A stretch of 64,000 nt of DNA, from positions 64,001 through 128,000 of the forward strand of contig CAWFDF010000013.1 in assembly GCA_963814585.1 (NCBI GenBank). Direction: 5' to 3'. This document shows positions 42,572-53,197 of the stretch, one piece after another. The number at the start of each line of letters is the position of its first letter. Within the stretch, counting starts at the first letter, position 1. Origin of the DNA: an uncultured delta proteobacterium (GTDB lineage: Bacteria > Myxococcota > Myxococcia > Myxococcales > Anaeromyxobacteraceae). The position numbers and the translations under genes were made by a program. The notes beneath the pieces were generated by a model. That model was not told where the DNA came from. It worked only from the letters and a program-made list of their open reading frames with translations, and did no database searches.

Positions 42572-43378
42572 TCACTCCCGCAGCCCCACCACGGCGATCC
42601 CCGCCTGGTCGGCCAGCCGGACCAGCTCGTCGGGGTCCATGACCAGCGTGGCGCCGGCCTCGACCGCCAGCACCCGGCAGCCCGACTTCCTCATCGACTC
42701 GATGGTCTCCGGCCCGACCGCCGGCAGGTCGAAGCGCCGGTCCTGCTGCGGCTTGACCGCCTTGACCACCACGGCGCCGCCCTTGGCCAGCTCGCCGCCG
42801 CGCTGGATGCAGGCGTCGGTCCCCTCCAGGGCCTCCACCGCCACGCCCACCCGCTCCTTCACCACCACCGTCTGGCCCAGGTCGAGCCGGCCGATCGAGC
42901 GGGCCAGCTCCAGCCCGTAGCGGGCGTCGGCCCACTCGGCCTCGGTCGGCCGGTGGCGTCCCAGCACCCCCTCGCGGGCCAGCGCCTCGCCGAGGAAGGG
43001 CGTCGGGTCGATCACCGGCATGCCGCGCTCCTCCAGCAAGCCGGCCACCATGCGCAGCATGGTGTCGTCGGAGCGGATGGCCGCCCTGGCCAGCAGCTCG
43101 AGCCCGACGGCGTCGGGGAGGGCGTCCACGAAGAAGCGCTTCTTGGTGATGGCGCCGAGCATCACCGTCTGGGTGGCCCCGCCGCCTCGCAGCGCCTCGA
43201 CGATGGCGCCGACCTGGCCCAGCTTCACCCAGGTGATGGCGTCGACGTGGCGCTCCAGCGACCGGTCGGTCTGGTTGACGTGGGCCACCGCCACCACCCG
43301 GTGGCCGGCGCGATGGGCCGCCTTCGAGAAGAGGGCCGGGAAGCCCCCACTCCCCGCGATCAGGCCGATGGTCGCCAT
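42572..43378 (-). CDS. lpxI: UDP-2,3-diacylglucosamine diphosphatase LpxI
   Basis: [42 protein letters not shown]; follows lpxA. Confidence 0.9.
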   Translation of the reverse strand: MATIGLIAGSGGFPALFSKAAHRAGHRVVAVAHVNQTDRSLERHVDAITWVKLGQVGAIVEALRGGGATQTVMLGAITKKRFFVDALPDAVGLELLARAAIRSDDTMLRMVAGLLEERGMPVIDPTPFLGEALAREGVLGRHRPTEAEWADARYGLELARSIGRLDLGQTVVVKERVGVAVEALEGTDACIQRGGELAKGGAVVVKAVKPQQDRRFDLPAVGPETIESMRKSGCRVLAVEAGATLVMDPDELVRLADQAGIAVVGLRE

Positions 43379-43386
43379 GGCGGGGC

Positions 43387-44160
43387 CTACCGCGTGATGC
43401 CGCGCTTCGTCCCCTCGATGAAGGCGACCAGGTGCGCCACCTCGGGGTGCTGGCCGAGCTCGCCCTTGAGCTGGGCCAGCGCCTCGGCGGCCTGCAGCCC
43501 CGAGCGGAAGTAGATCTTGAAGGCCTGCTTGACCCGCCCCACTTGGTCCTCGGTCATCCCCGAGCGCTGCAGGCCGATGACGTTCAGGCCGGACAGCTCG
43601 CCGCGGGCGCCGTTGACCATGCAGTACGGGGCCACGTCCATGGCCACCCCGGTCATGCCGCCGATGAAGGCGAGGCGGCCGACGCGCGAGAACTGGTGGG
43701 CCGCCGAGAGCCCGCCGAAGTGGACGTGGTCCTCGAGGACGACGTGCCCGGCCAGCGCCACCGAGTTGGCGATGATGGCGCCGTCGCCGATGACGCAGTC
43801 GTGGCCGACGTGGCTGTTGGCCATGAAGAGGCAGCCGTTGCCGATGCGGGTGACGGCCCGGTCCTGGGCCGTGCCGGCGTTGATGGTGACGAACTCGCGG
43901 AAGGTGTTGTCGTCGCCGATGACGGTCTCGGTCGGCTCGCCCCGGTACTTGAGGTCCTGGGGGATGCCTCCGACCACGGCGTGGGAGAAGACCTTGTTGC
44001 GCGCACCCAGCGTGGTCCGTCCGGTGACGATCCCGTGCGGCGCCACGGTGCAGCCGGGGCCCATCCGCACGTGGGGCCCGATCCAGGCGAAGGGGCCGAT
44101 CTCGCAGCTCGCATCGACCTGCGCGCCCGGCTCGACGATGGCGGCGTGGTGGGTGGCCAT
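43387..44160 (-). CDS. lpxA: UDP-N-acetylglucosamine acyltransferase
   Basis: PQDLKY, REFVTI, HVGHDC, LAGHV, HQFSRVG. Confidence 0.97.
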   Translation of the reverse strand: MATHHAAIVEPGAQVDASCEIGPFAWIGPHVRMGPGCTVAPHGIVTGRTTLGARNKVFSHAVVGGIPQDLKYRGEPTETVIGDDNTFREFVTINAGTAQDRAVTRIGNGCLFMANSHVGHDCVIGDGAIIANSVALAGHVVLEDHVHFGGLSAAHQFSRVGRLAFIGGMTGVAMDVAPYCMVNGARGELSGLNVIGLQRSGMTEDQVGRVKQAFKIYFRSGLQAAEALAQLKGELGQHPEVAHLVAFIEGTKRGITR

Positions 44161-44172
44161 GTGGTCTCCAGC

Positions 44173-44649
44173 CTACGCCCCGGCTTCCCGGTCGGCGAGC
44201 ATGGCCATGAAGTCCCCACCGGCCACCTCCTGCCCGTCGACCAGCGCCTTGCCGCTCATCTTCCAGACCGGTCCCTTCCTCCGGTCGATGGTGACCACCA
44301 GCTCGACCCGGTCCCCCGGGACCACCGGCTTGCGGAAGCGGGCCCCGTCGATGCCCATCAGGTAGGTCACCTTGCTCCGCACCTCCTCGGGTGGCAGCGA
44401 GAGGATGGCCAGCAGCCCGCAGGCCTGGGCCAGCGCCTCGAGGATCAGCACCCCGGGCATGACCGGGTGGCCAGGGAAGTGGCCGACGAAGTGGGGCTCG
44501 TTCATGGTCACCGCCTTGATGGCGGTGAGCGTGACGTTGGGGGTCCAGGACGTGACCCGGTCCACCAGCAGGAAGGGTGGCCGGTGTGGCAGCAGCCGGG
44601 AGATGGCCTCGACGTCGAGCTGCTGCCCGTGAACGGTCTCTGTGCTCAT
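44173..44649 (-). CDS. fabZ: 3-hydroxyacyl-ACP dehydratase
   Basis: [42 protein letters not shown]. Confidence 0.97.
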   Translation of the reverse strand: MSTETVHGQQLDVEAISRLLPHRPPFLLVDRVTSWTPNVTLTAIKAVTMNEPHFVGHFPGHPVMPGVLILEALAQACGLLAILSLPPEEVRSKVTYLMGIDGARFRKPVVPGDRVELVVTIDRRKGPVWKMSGKALVDGQEVAGGDFMAMLADREAGA

Positions 44650-45710
44650 GCCTTCTCCTTGTCACCACCGCCGTCGAGCCTGGCCAGCCGGCGCTTGAGG
44701 TCGATGATCGTGTGCCTCATCTCGCCGAGCCGCTCCACGGCGAGCTGGGCGCGCAGCCAGGCCCGCTCGTCGGTGGACGGGACCCCGGCCACCCGCTCCC
44801 CGGGCTTGAGGTCGCGCATCACCCCCGACTTCGCCGCGATGTTGACGCGGTCGCCGATGTCGAGGTGGCCGGTCAGGCCGGCCTGACCCCAGATCACCAC
44901 CCCCATGCCGAGGCGGGTCGACCCGGCGATGCCGACGCCGGACGCGATGATGCAGAGCGGCCCCATGGTGACGCCGTGGCCGACCTGCACCAGGTTGTCC
45001 AGCTTGCTGCCGCGGCCGATGCGGGTGACGCCGAGGGCGGCCCGGTCCACGCAGGAGTTGGCGCCGATCTCGACGTCGTCCTCGACGACCACGACGCCGG
45101 CCTGGGGGATCTTGAAGTGGCGCGGCCCGGCCCCCTCGCCCACCATGTCGGTGGCGAAGCCGAAGCCGTCGCCGCCGAGGACCACGCCCGGCTGGAGGAT
45201 GACCCGGTCGCCGACCACGCAGCGCTCGCGCACCACGACGTTGGAGTGGAGCAGGCAGTCGGCGCCGACGCGGACGTCGGCCCCGAGCTGCACCCCGGGG
45301 CTGAGGATGGAGCGCGGCCCGACCACGGCCCGGGCGCCGACCGACGCCAGCGGGCCGACCTGCGCCGACGGGTCGACCGTCGCCGTCGGGTCGACGGCCG
45401 CCTGGGGCGAGATCCCGGGCACCGCCACCGGCGGCGGATGGAACAGGGTGGAGAGCTTGGCGAAGGCCAGGTAGGGGTTGTCCGAGCGCACCACGCAGCG
45501 CCCCGGGACCACCTCCGTGTCCTTGCCCACCAGCACCGCGCCGGCCCTGGAGGCCTCGAAGGCGGCGCGGTACCGGGCGTTGGCGAGGAAGGAGATCTGG
45601 CCGGGGCCGGCCTCCTCGAGAGGGGCCACCCCGGAGACGAGGAGCGACCCGTCTCCGAGGACCTCGCCACCGACCAGCGCGGCGAGCTCGGCCAGGGTGC
45701 GGGTGGCCAT
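44646..45710 (-). CDS. lpxD: UDP-3-O-acylglucosamine N-acyltransferase
   Basis: ISFLAN, NPYLAFA, GGDGFGF, KIPQAG, EIGANSCVDR, KLDNLVQVGH. Confidence 0.96.
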   Translation of the reverse strand: MATRTLAELAALVGGEVLGDGSLLVSGVAPLEEAGPGQISFLANARYRAAFEASRAGAVLVGKDTEVVPGRCVVRSDNPYLAFAKLSTLFHPPPVAVPGISPQAAVDPTATVDPSAQVGPLASVGARAVVGPRSILSPGVQLGADVRVGADCLLHSNVVVRERCVVGDRVILQPGVVLGGDGFGFATDMVGEGAGPRHFKIPQAGVVVVEDDVEIGANSCVDRAALGVTRIGRGSKLDNLVQVGHGVTMGPLCIIASGVGIAGSTRLGMGVVIWGQAGLTGHLDIGDRVNIAAKSGVMRDLKPGERVAGVPSTDERAWLRAQLAVERLGEMRHTIIDLKRRLARLDGGGDKEKA

Positions 45711-45719
45711 GGCCGGGTC

Positions 45720-46334
45720 CTACTTCTTGGCCGGGGCCGCGGTCGGAGCCGGGGCCGGCGCCGCGTCCTTCTTGGTGGGCGCCGGCGCGTCGGCCTTCTT
45801 GGCCGGGGCGGCGGCGGCCTTCCCGGCGCCGTAGCGGGCGTTGTACTTGCGGACCAGCTCGTTGGTGACGTCGAGCGAGGGCGGCGCGTAGAGGACGGTG
45901 TTGCGATCGAGCACCATGGTGAAGGCCTCGGCCTCGGCCAGCTCGCGGACCATCCCCACCATCTTGTCGAAGATGCCGCGGGTCACCTCGCGCTCCTTGC
46001 CGGCCAGCTCCTGCTGCAGGCCCACGAAGAACTGCTGGACCTCGGCCTTCTTGCGCTCGATCTCGGCCGCCTTCGACGCCTTGGCGTCCGGGGCCATGAC
46101 CAGGGCCTGCTTCTGGAAGTCGGCGTCCAGCCGCTTCACCTCGTCGGTCCGCTGATCGAGCTTCTTCTGCATCTCGTCGAACTCCTTCTTGAGCTGGGCC
46201 TTGGCGGCCTTGCCCTCGTCGATCTCCTCGAGGGCCCGCTGCAGGTCGACGTAGCCGAGCTTGGGGTCGGCGGCGCTGGCCGCCAGCGGGGCGAGGGCCA
46301 GGGCGAGGGCGGCGATGCGAACGGTGACGGACAT
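45720..46334 (-). CDS. skp: OmpH/Skp periplasmic chaperone
   Basis: Signal peptide, KLGYVDLQRAL, coiled coil, LDVTNELV; between bamA and lpxD. Confidence 0.92.
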   Translation of the reverse strand: MSVTVRIAALALALAPLAASAADPKLGYVDLQRALEEIDEGKAAKAQLKKEFDEMQKKLDQRTDEVKRLDADFQKQALVMAPDAKASKAAEIERKKAEVQQFFVGLQQELAGKEREVTRGIFDKMVGMVRELAEAEAFTMVLDRNTVLYAPPSLDVTNELVRKYNARYGAGKAAAAPAKKADAPAPTKKDAAPAPAPTAAPAKK

Positions 46335-46355
46335 GGGTTCCTCCTGAACCTGTGG

Positions 46356-48776
46356 CTAGAAGAAGTTGCCGATGGTGAACTGGAAGTCAACGGGTTGGTC
46401 GTAGTAGATGCCGGTGGCCGGATCGGAGCGGCGGTTGAGCGGGAAGCCCCACTCGAAGCGCAGGGGCCCCATGGGGCTGAACCAGCGGAAGCCGAAGCCG
46501 ACCGACTTGTAGAGCGAGTAGGGCACCGAAGGGTCGTTCCAGACGCCGGCCGCGAAGACGTTGCCGGCGTCGGCGAAGAGCACGCCCTTGATGCCGGCCG
46601 CCTGGACCAGCGGGAACTCCAGCTCCAGGTTGATGATGGCCTGCTTGTTCCCGCCGGTGGCGATGGTGGTGAGCGGCGACAGGGGGTCGTTGGGGTTGAA
46701 CGGCACCCGCTCGGTGGGGGAGATGGAGAGCATCCGGTACCCGCGCACGGAGTTGATGCCGCCGGCGTAGTAGTTCTCCGAGATGGGCACGTTGTGCTCC
46801 GAGTCCCAGTTGCGCAGCACGCCGAGCGTCAGCTTGGCCTTGGCCACGACGCCCAGGAAGAGCGGCCGGTAGATGCGACCGTCCACCGCGAAGCGGGAGA
46901 AGAGGTTGACCTTCTGCCCGAAGATGGCGGCCGGGGCCAGGATGGGGGGCGCGTACTCGGCGCTGGCCGTGAGGAAGAAGCCCGAGGTCGGGAAGATGCG
47001 GTTGTCGCGCCGGTCCCACTGCCAGGAGAGGCGGATCGAGCTGGTGGTCCCCGAGCGGTACTGGTTGTAGAGGACGTACTGGGCGTCGCCCGTCACCGAG
47101 ACGTACTCGTTGGTGTAGGTCCCGAAGACGCGCATGTCCTCGAGGTGCCGGGCGAACGACCAGATCGGCGCCAGGCCGGAGAGCTCGTAGCCCCAGGTCA
47201 TGTTGCCACCCACCGCCCGCCGGTTGAAGCTGGTGTAGTAGCTCTCGGTGGCGTAGAGGTCGAACGCGAACGTCCAGCGGGTGTCGAGGAAGTACGGCTC
47301 GACGAACTGGATCTGGCCGAGCTGCCGGATCGACGACCACTGGATCTGCAGGCTCAGCGTCTGTCCCCACCCGAAGAAGTTCTGCTGCGAGATCTGGCCG
47401 GTGAGGATGAAGTTCTCGTAGCTGGAGAAGCCGGCCCCGAGCTGGAAGGAGCCGGTGGCCTTCTCCTTGACCTCGACGGTGGCGATGACCAGGTCCTCGG
47501 CGCTGCCCTTCCGGGTGGTGATCTCGGCGGTCTCGAAGAAGCCGAGCGCCATGATGCGACCCTTGGAGACGCGCATGGCCACGCCGCTGAAGTTCTCGCC
47601 CTCGTAGAAGCGCAGCTCGCGCCGCACCACCTTGTCGCGGGTCTTCTCGTTGCCGACCACGTCGATCCGCTCGAAGCGGCACTTGAGGCCCGGCTGGACG
47701 TCGAAGGTGATGTCGATGATGCGGTTCTTGTCGTCGACCTGGGTCTGCGGCGTGACGTTGGCGTAGGCGAAGCCGCGGTCCTTGTAGATGTCGCCGATGG
47801 CGAAGAGGTCCTGGCCGACCTTGGAGCGGGAGAACAGGAAGGTGGACCTGGTCTGCAGGATGCGCCGCAGCAGCGGCTCCTCGCCGAGCAGCTCCCCGGT
47901 GAAGCTCACCTTGCCGATGGCGTACTGCTCGCCCTCCTCGATGGGGATGGAGATGAGGAGGTACCGGCGATCGGGCGTGAGGCCGATGGACGGCTTGCCA
48001 ACCTTGACGTTGACGAAGCCCTGGTCCATGTAGGTCATGCCGATGGCGGCCAGGTCGCGCTGGAACATGTCCTCGCGGAAAGTGCCGGACGTCCCCAGGA
48101 TGGAGAGCAGGCCGCCTTCCTGGGTCAGCATCACGCCGCGCAGCTCGTCGCTGGAGAGCCGCTTGTTGCCGTGGAACCGGATCTCCTTGACCAGCACCTT
48201 GGCCTTCTCGTCCACGACGTAGCGGATGGCGACCTGGTTGTCGGGCAGCGGCTCGAGCTGGTAGTTGACCTCTGCGAGGTAGAACCCCTTCTCCACGTAC
48301 TTCTCCTGGATCCTCTTGACGTCCTTCTTCACCGCCACCAGGTCCAGGATGGTGAAGGTCTTGACCTCGACGGTGTCCTTGAGATCGTCCTTGGACAGCT
48401 CCTCGTTCCCGACGATGGTGGCCTCGCGGACGGTGGGCCGCTCGGTGACCTTGTAGACCAGCACCGGGCTGGCCGCGTCGCCCTCGACCTCGACCACCAC
48501 GTCGGAGAAGAAGCCCAGCTTCATGAGCGCCCGGACGTCGGCCTCGACCCGCCGGGGATCGTAGCGAGCCCCCTTCCTGGTGACGGTGGCCTTGATGGTG
48601 TCCACCTCGACGCGCCGGTTCCCCTCCACCTTGACGTCGGCCACCACCGCGGGCTCCGCGGCACGGGCGGACGCCGCCAGCGACGCCAGCGCGAGCGCGG
48701 CGGCCAGCCACCAGCCGGTACGGGGGCGGTGCTTCACGGAGCCGCGGAATCTAGTGCAAGGGACGGCGCGGCTCAA
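46356..48776 (-). CDS. bamA: Outer membrane protein assembly factor BamA
   Basis: POTRA repeats (VEGNRRV, GNEKTRDKVVRRE), GGINSVRGY, SPMGPLRFEWG, terminal FQFTIGNFF; start may be GTG 48737. Confidence 0.96.
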   Translation of the reverse strand: MSRAVPCTRFRGSVKHRPRTGWWLAAALALASLAASARAAEPAVVADVKVEGNRRVEVDTIKATVTRKGARYDPRRVEADVRALMKLGFFSDVVVEVEGDAASPVLVYKVTERPTVREATIVGNEELSKDDLKDTVEVKTFTILDLVAVKKDVKRIQEKYVEKGFYLAEVNYQLEPLPDNQVAIRYVVDEKAKVLVKEIRFHGNKRLSSDELRGVMLTQEGGLLSILGTSGTFREDMFQRDLAAIGMTYMDQGFVNVKVGKPSIGLTPDRRYLLISIPIEEGEQYAIGKVSFTGELLGEEPLLRRILQTRSTFLFSRSKVGQDLFAIGDIYKDRGFAYANVTPQTQVDDKNRIIDITFDVQPGLKCRFERIDVVGNEKTRDKVVRRELRFYEGENFSGVAMRVSKGRIMALGFFETAEITTRKGSAEDLVIATVEVKEKATGSFQLGAGFSSYENFILTGQISQQNFFGWGQTLSLQIQWSSIRQLGQIQFVEPYFLDTRWTFAFDLYATESYYTSFNRRAVGGNMTWGYELSGLAPIWSFARHLEDMRVFGTYTNEYVSVTGDAQYVLYNQYRSGTTSSIRLSWQWDRRDNRIFPTSGFFLTASAEYAPPILAPAAIFGQKVNLFSRFAVDGRIYRPLFLGVVAKAKLTLGVLRNWDSEHNVPISENYYAGGINSVRGYRMLSISPTERVPFNPNDPLSPLTTIATGGNKQAIINLELEFPLVQAAGIKGVLFADAGNVFAAGVWNDPSVPYSLYKSVGFGFRWFSPMGPLRFEWGFPLNRRSDPATGIYYDQPVDFQFTIGNFF

Positions 48777-49459
48777 AGGCTTTCTCTCTCCAGCCGCCCG
48801 CGCAGGAGGTGGAGCCGGCGGGGCATGGTCCGGGCCAGCTGCTCGTTGTGGGTGACCACCACGGCGGTGATGCCGAGCCGTGCGTTGAGGTCGGCGATGA
48901 GGGCGTGGATCCCCTCGGCGGTCCGGGCGTCGAGGTTGCCGGTCGGTTCGTCGGCGAGGAGCAGCCGGGGCTTGAGGCAGAGGGCCCGGGCCAGGGCCAC
49001 CCGCTGCTGCTCGCCACCGGAGAGCTCGCCGGGTCGGTGGTGGAGCCGGTCGCCCAGCCCCACCTGCGCCAGCATCTCCTCGGCGCGTGCGTAGGCCTCG
49101 GCGCGCGGGAGGCGGCGGATCAGCCCGGGCATGGCGGCGTTGTCGAGCGCGGTGAACTCGGGGAGCAGGTGGTGGCTCTGGAAGACGAAGCCGATGTTCC
49201 GGTTGCGGAACGTGGCCAGCGCCTCCTCGCCGGGAGCGAAGGCGTCCTCGCCGTCGTAGAGGATCCGGCCGGCGCTGGGCGAGTCGAGCGTGCCGAGGAC
49301 GTTGAGGAAGGTGCTCTTGCCCGACCCCGACGGCCCGGTCAGCGCCACCAGCTCGCCGGCGGCGATCTCCAGGGTGAGGTCGCGCAGCACCTCGAGCCGC
49401 TTCTCGCCCATGACGTAGGTCTTGCCGAGCCCCTCGACCCGGATGAAGGGCGTGCCCAT
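48773..49459 (-). CDS. lolD: Lipoprotein-releasing ABC transporter ATPase
   Basis: GPSGSGKST, GFVFQSHHLL, LSGGEQQRV, ADEPTGNLD. Confidence 0.92.
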   Translation of the reverse strand: MGTPFIRVEGLGKTYVMGEKRLEVLRDLTLEIAAGELVALTGPSGSGKSTFLNVLGTLDSPSAGRILYDGEDAFAPGEEALATFRNRNIGFVFQSHHLLPEFTALDNAAMPGLIRRLPRAEAYARAEEMLAQVGLGDRLHHRPGELSGGEQQRVALARALCLKPRLLLADEPTGNLDARTAEGIHALIADLNARLGITAVVVTHNEQLARTMPRRLHLLRGRLERESL

Positions 49460-51399
49460 CACTCGCCCCTCAGGCCGTCGACCGGGCGCAGCCGGGCGGC
49501 CTTGGAGGCCGGGTAGATGGTGGCCAGGAAGGCCAGCGCCAGGGACATCAGCGCCACCATGACCCACTGGGACGGGTCGATCCGGACCGGGAGGTTGTCG
49601 ATGTAGTAGACCTCCGGGTCGAGCGGGATGCCCACGTCGCCGACCAGCAGGCAGGTGCCGTAGCCGAGCACCAGCCCGAAGAACGTCCCCACCGCGCCGA
49701 TGATCATCCCCTCGATGACGAAGATCTTCATCACCGAGGGGATCCCCGCCCCCATCGACTTGAGGACGGCGATCTCGCGGGTCTTCTCCAGCACCAGCAT
49801 GATCAGGGTGGCCACGATGATGAAGCTGGCCACCAGCACGATGAAGCCGAGGATGACCGCCATCACCAGCTTCTCCATGCGCAGCGCGGAGAACAGGTTG
49901 CGGTTGAGCTCCCCCCAGTCCTTGGTCCGGTACGGCCAGCCGCCCAGCGTGGCGCCGACCCTGGAGAGGATGGGCCGGGCCCGATCGACGTCGGACACCT
50001 TCAGCTCCAGCCCGGTGATGCCGTCGCCGGTGCCGAAGAAGCGGCGCGCCTCGTCGAGGTCGAGGTAGGCGAACTTCGCGTCGTACTCGTACATGCCGCT
50101 GTAGAAGACCGCCGCCACCCGGAAGGGCCGGCTCTTCGGCTGCGGTCCGCCCGGCCCGAGGTCGCCGAACGGGGAGATGACGTTCACCTGGTCGCCGACG
50201 TCGACGCGCAGCGAGCGGGCCATCTCCCGTCCGACCAGGATGCCGGGCAGCCGGCGCCCCGCCGGCGGCTCGTCCAGGTCGCGCACCGCTCCGGTCGGGA
50301 TGAGCTCGGGCGTGGAGAGCCACTCCAGCTTGCCGCCCTTCTCGACCGCCGCCGGGAGATCGGTGACCGTGCCGATGGTGGCGGGATCGATCCCCTTGAG
50401 CAGCGCCCCGGTGAGCCGCTGTCCCGAGGAGAGCATCACCTCGTTGTAGAGGAACGGGGTGGCGCCCACCACGCCGGGGACCAGGAGCACCTGGTCGCGG
50501 ACCTGTCGCCACTCGGTGAACTCGTCCTTGCCGCCCTTCAGGAGGATGCCGTGGGCGTTCTGGCCGAGGATGCGCGCCTTCAGGTCGCCCTCGAAGCCGT
50601 TCATCACCGAGAGCACCACGGTGAGCGCCCAGGCGCCGATGGCGACGCCGCCGATGGAGATGAGCGTCATCAGCAGGGTCTCGGCCATGCGCTGCCGCCC
50701 CAGCAGCAGGCCGCGCCGCTCGGCCCGGCGCTCGCGGGCGCCGGCCACCAGCGAGCGGACGAAGAGGAAGAGCAGGCCGGGGAGGATGCCGGTCACCACC
50801 AGCGCGAAGACCGCCAGCAAGGTCCGCCGCGTCAGCTTGAGGTGGCTCTTGGCCACGTAGAGCTCGAAGGAGACCGAGAGATCGAGCCGCCCGGTGCCGC
50901 CGACCAGGTAGGCCAGCGTGGCGCCGACGAGGACGGCGGTGGCCGCCAGCGCGCCGGCGCCGACCAGGCCGAGCACCACCACCAGCAGCCCCTGCTGCTC
51001 CAGCCCTTCCAGGCCGGCCACCGGCCCGCGCGCCGAGCCGATGGTCGCCACGCGAAGCGCGACGGAGCCGATCCAGAGCAGCACGGCCGCGGTCACCTCG
51101 TAGAAGCCGATCCGCCGGGCCCAGAGCGCGGCCACGGCGCCGCAGCCGGCCGCCAGCAGCGCAGCCAGCACCATGGCCCCGGCCGAGGCCAACGCCGGCG
51201 GGAGCCCGGCGCGACCGGCCAGGAGCGCCTCGAGCAGCGGGGCGCCCGTGGCGGCGGCCACCAGGCCCACCAGCGCCAGCAGGAAGGCGGCGGTGGAGAA
51301 GATCGGCGCCACCGGGTGGGCGGCGCCCGCGCCCGCCGCGTCGGCGGGTCCCGTGACGGCCAGGGCCGGCGGCGCGGTCGGTGGAGTGGGCTCGATCAT
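49459..51399 (-). CDS. Lipoprotein-releasing ABC transporter permease LolC/E with a long hydrophobic N-terminal extension
   Basis: VVLSVMNGFE, FYSGMYEYD, EKTREIAVLKSMGA, ATIYPASKAARL. Confidence 0.9.
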   Translation of the reverse strand: MIEPTPPTAPPALAVTGPADAAGAGAAHPVAPIFSTAAFLLALVGLVAAATGAPLLEALLAGRAGLPPALASAGAMVLAALLAAGCGAVAALWARRIGFYEVTAAVLLWIGSVALRVATIGSARGPVAGLEGLEQQGLLVVVLGLVGAGALAATAVLVGATLAYLVGGTGRLDLSVSFELYVAKSHLKLTRRTLLAVFALVVTGILPGLLFLFVRSLVAGARERRAERRGLLLGRQRMAETLLMTLISIGGVAIGAWALTVVLSVMNGFEGDLKARILGQNAHGILLKGGKDEFTEWRQVRDQVLLVPGVVGATPFLYNEVMLSSGQRLTGALLKGIDPATIGTVTDLPAAVEKGGKLEWLSTPELIPTGAVRDLDEPPAGRRLPGILVGREMARSLRVDVGDQVNVISPFGDLGPGGPQPKSRPFRVAAVFYSGMYEYDAKFAYLDLDEARRFFGTGDGITGLELKVSDVDRARPILSRVGATLGGWPYRTKDWGELNRNLFSALRMEKLVMAVILGFIVLVASFIIVATLIMLVLEKTREIAVLKSMGAGIPSVMKIFVIEGMIIGAVGTFFGLVLGYGTCLLVGDVGIPLDPEVYYIDNLPVRIDPSQWVMVALMSLALAFLATIYPASKAARLRPVDGLRGE

Positions 51400-51418
51400 G
51401 CGGCGGGCGCGTGGCCGG

Positions 51419-52978
51419 TCACGCCTGCGGCTTGAGCAGCGGGAAGAGGATGACGTCGCGGATCGACGCCGAGTCGGTGAGGAGCATGGCCAGGCGATCG
51501 ATGCCGATCCCCTCCCCCGCCGTGGGCGGCATGCCGTGCTCCAGGGCGCGGACGTAGTCCTCGTCGAAGGGCATGGCCTCCTCGTCGCCGGCCACCTTGG
51601 CCTGCAGCTGCGCCTCGAAGCGGGCGCGCTGATCGGCCGGATCGTTCAGCTCGCTGAAGGCGTTGGCCATCTCCATGCCGGCGGCGTAGAGCTCGAAGCG
51701 ATCGACGAGGCGCGGGTCGGCGTCGCGGCGGCGGGACAGCGGCGAGGTCTCGAGCGGGAAGTCGACCACGAAGGAGGGCCGGTCCGCAGGGAGGTCCGGC
51801 TCGCAGAGGATCTCGAAGGCCACGGCGATGGCCTCGCCCGGGCTCTTCTTCGCGGCCTGGGCCAGCTTCCAGGCGTGCTCCTTGTCGGCCACCCCCCCGG
51901 AGGCGCGGGCCAGCGCCTCGGCCAGGCCGCGCCCGGCGAGCGCCTCCTCGGTGGCGAGGCCGAGCGCCCGGGCCGCCTCGGCCACCAGGGAGATGCGCGG
52001 GTACGGCGGGGTCAGGTCGATGGACCGGCCCTGGAAGGTGATGACCGGCCCGCCGGTCACCTCGACGGCCAGCGCGTGGAAGAGCTCCTCGGTGAGCCTC
52101 ACCAGGTCGTCGTGCGTCGCGTACGCCTGGTAGAACTCGATCATCGTGAACTCGGGGTTGTGGCGCCGGTCGATCCCCTCGTTGCGCCAGATGCGGCCGA
52201 TCTCGTAGACCCGGTCGAGTCCTCCGACGACGAGCCGCTTCAGGTGGAGCTCGGTGGCGATGCGGAGCTTGAGATCCAGCCCGAGCGCGTTGTGGTGGGT
52301 CTCGAACGGCCTCGCCGTCGCGCCGCCGGCCTCGGCCGGCTTGTGGAGCGTCGGCGTCTCCACCTCCAGGTAGCCGCGGGCGTCGAGGAAGCGGCGGATC
52401 CCGGAGACGATCCGGGCGCGCTTCACGAAGACCTCGCGGACCCCCGGGGTCACCACCAGGTCGACGTAGCGCTGGCGGTAGCGCTGCTCCACGTCGGTGA
52501 GGCCGTGCCACTTCTCGGGCAGCGGGCGGGTGGCCTTGGTGAGGATGGTGAAGCGGGACGCCTCCAGGGTCAGCTCACCGGTCTTGGTCCGGGTGGCCGG
52601 CCCCTCGGCGGCGACGAGGTCGCCCACGTCGAGCAGCTTGAAGATCTCGAACCCCGCCTCGCCGACCCGGTCCTTCTTGACCCAGACCTGCAGCTCGCCG
52701 CTCCGGTCGCGCACCTTGAGGAAGGCGGCCTTCCCGAAGGAGCGGAGCGCCAGCACGCGGCCGGCCACCGACCAGTCGCCGGGCGCCCTGGCGATCTCCT
52801 CGGCGGTGGCGGCGCCGTGGTGGGCGTGGAGGTCGGCGGCGAGGTGGCGCGGCGCCACCCCGTTGCCGTAGGGATTGACGCCGAGGGCGCGCAGCGCCTC
52901 GGCCTTCTCGAGCCGGGTCGCGATGATCTCGCGCTCGGTCGCGCCGAGGTCGTCGTGTGCAGGGGTCTTGTCGGCCAT
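51419..52978 (-). CDS. lysS: Lysine--tRNA ligase (class II)
   Basis: PLPEKWHGL, RYRQRYVDL, RIATELHLKRL, RNEGID..HNPEFT, GMPPTAGEGIGIDRL. Confidence 0.98.
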   Translation of the reverse strand: MADKTPAHDDLGATEREIIATRLEKAEALRALGVNPYGNGVAPRHLAADLHAHHGAATAEEIARAPGDWSVAGRVLALRSFGKAAFLKVRDRSGELQVWVKKDRVGEAGFEIFKLLDVGDLVAAEGPATRTKTGELTLEASRFTILTKATRPLPEKWHGLTDVEQRYRQRYVDLVVTPGVREVFVKRARIVSGIRRFLDARGYLEVETPTLHKPAEAGGATARPFETHHNALGLDLKLRIATELHLKRLVVGGLDRVYEIGRIWRNEGIDRRHNPEFTMIEFYQAYATHDDLVRLTEELFHALAVEVTGGPVITFQGRSIDLTPPYPRISLVAEAARALGLATEEALAGRGLAEALARASGGVADKEHAWKLAQAAKKSPGEAIAVAFEILCEPDLPADRPSFVVDFPLETSPLSRRRDADPRLVDRFELYAAGMEMANAFSELNDPADQRARFEAQLQAKVAGDEEAMPFDEDYVRALEHGMPPTAGEGIGIDRLAMLLTDSASIRDVILFPLLKPQA

Positions 52979-53011
52979 CTCTCGGTTTCGACGGGGAAAA
53001 CGGGTTGGCGC

Positions 53012-53040
53012 AGGCTATTCGGCGAGGCGCCTTGCGTCAA
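53012..53040 (-). promoter_or_regulatory. Sigma-70 promoter of the lysS-lol-bam-lpx operon
   Basis: TTGACG-N17-TAGCCT, 33 nt upstream of lysS. Confidence 0.65.
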
Positions 53041-53197
53041 CGGAGGCAACACCCGGGCGGGGCGGTTGTTCCCGGCGGAGGGCCAGCCAGCGGCGGGGCC
53101 GGGTGGCGCGGCGCGTCGGCACCGGACGCTTCCCGGGGCCGGCGGGGAGATCGAGCGCGTGGGCGATGAGCTGGTCCGCCGCCGAGGCGCCCGCCCG

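Noticed and set aside
44577..49094. Very long antisense ORFs (also 22494-26222, 12211-15102, 11534-14905, 35859-39230)
   Set aside because: They overlap recognisable genes in other frames or strands; long open shadow frames are expected at this GC content
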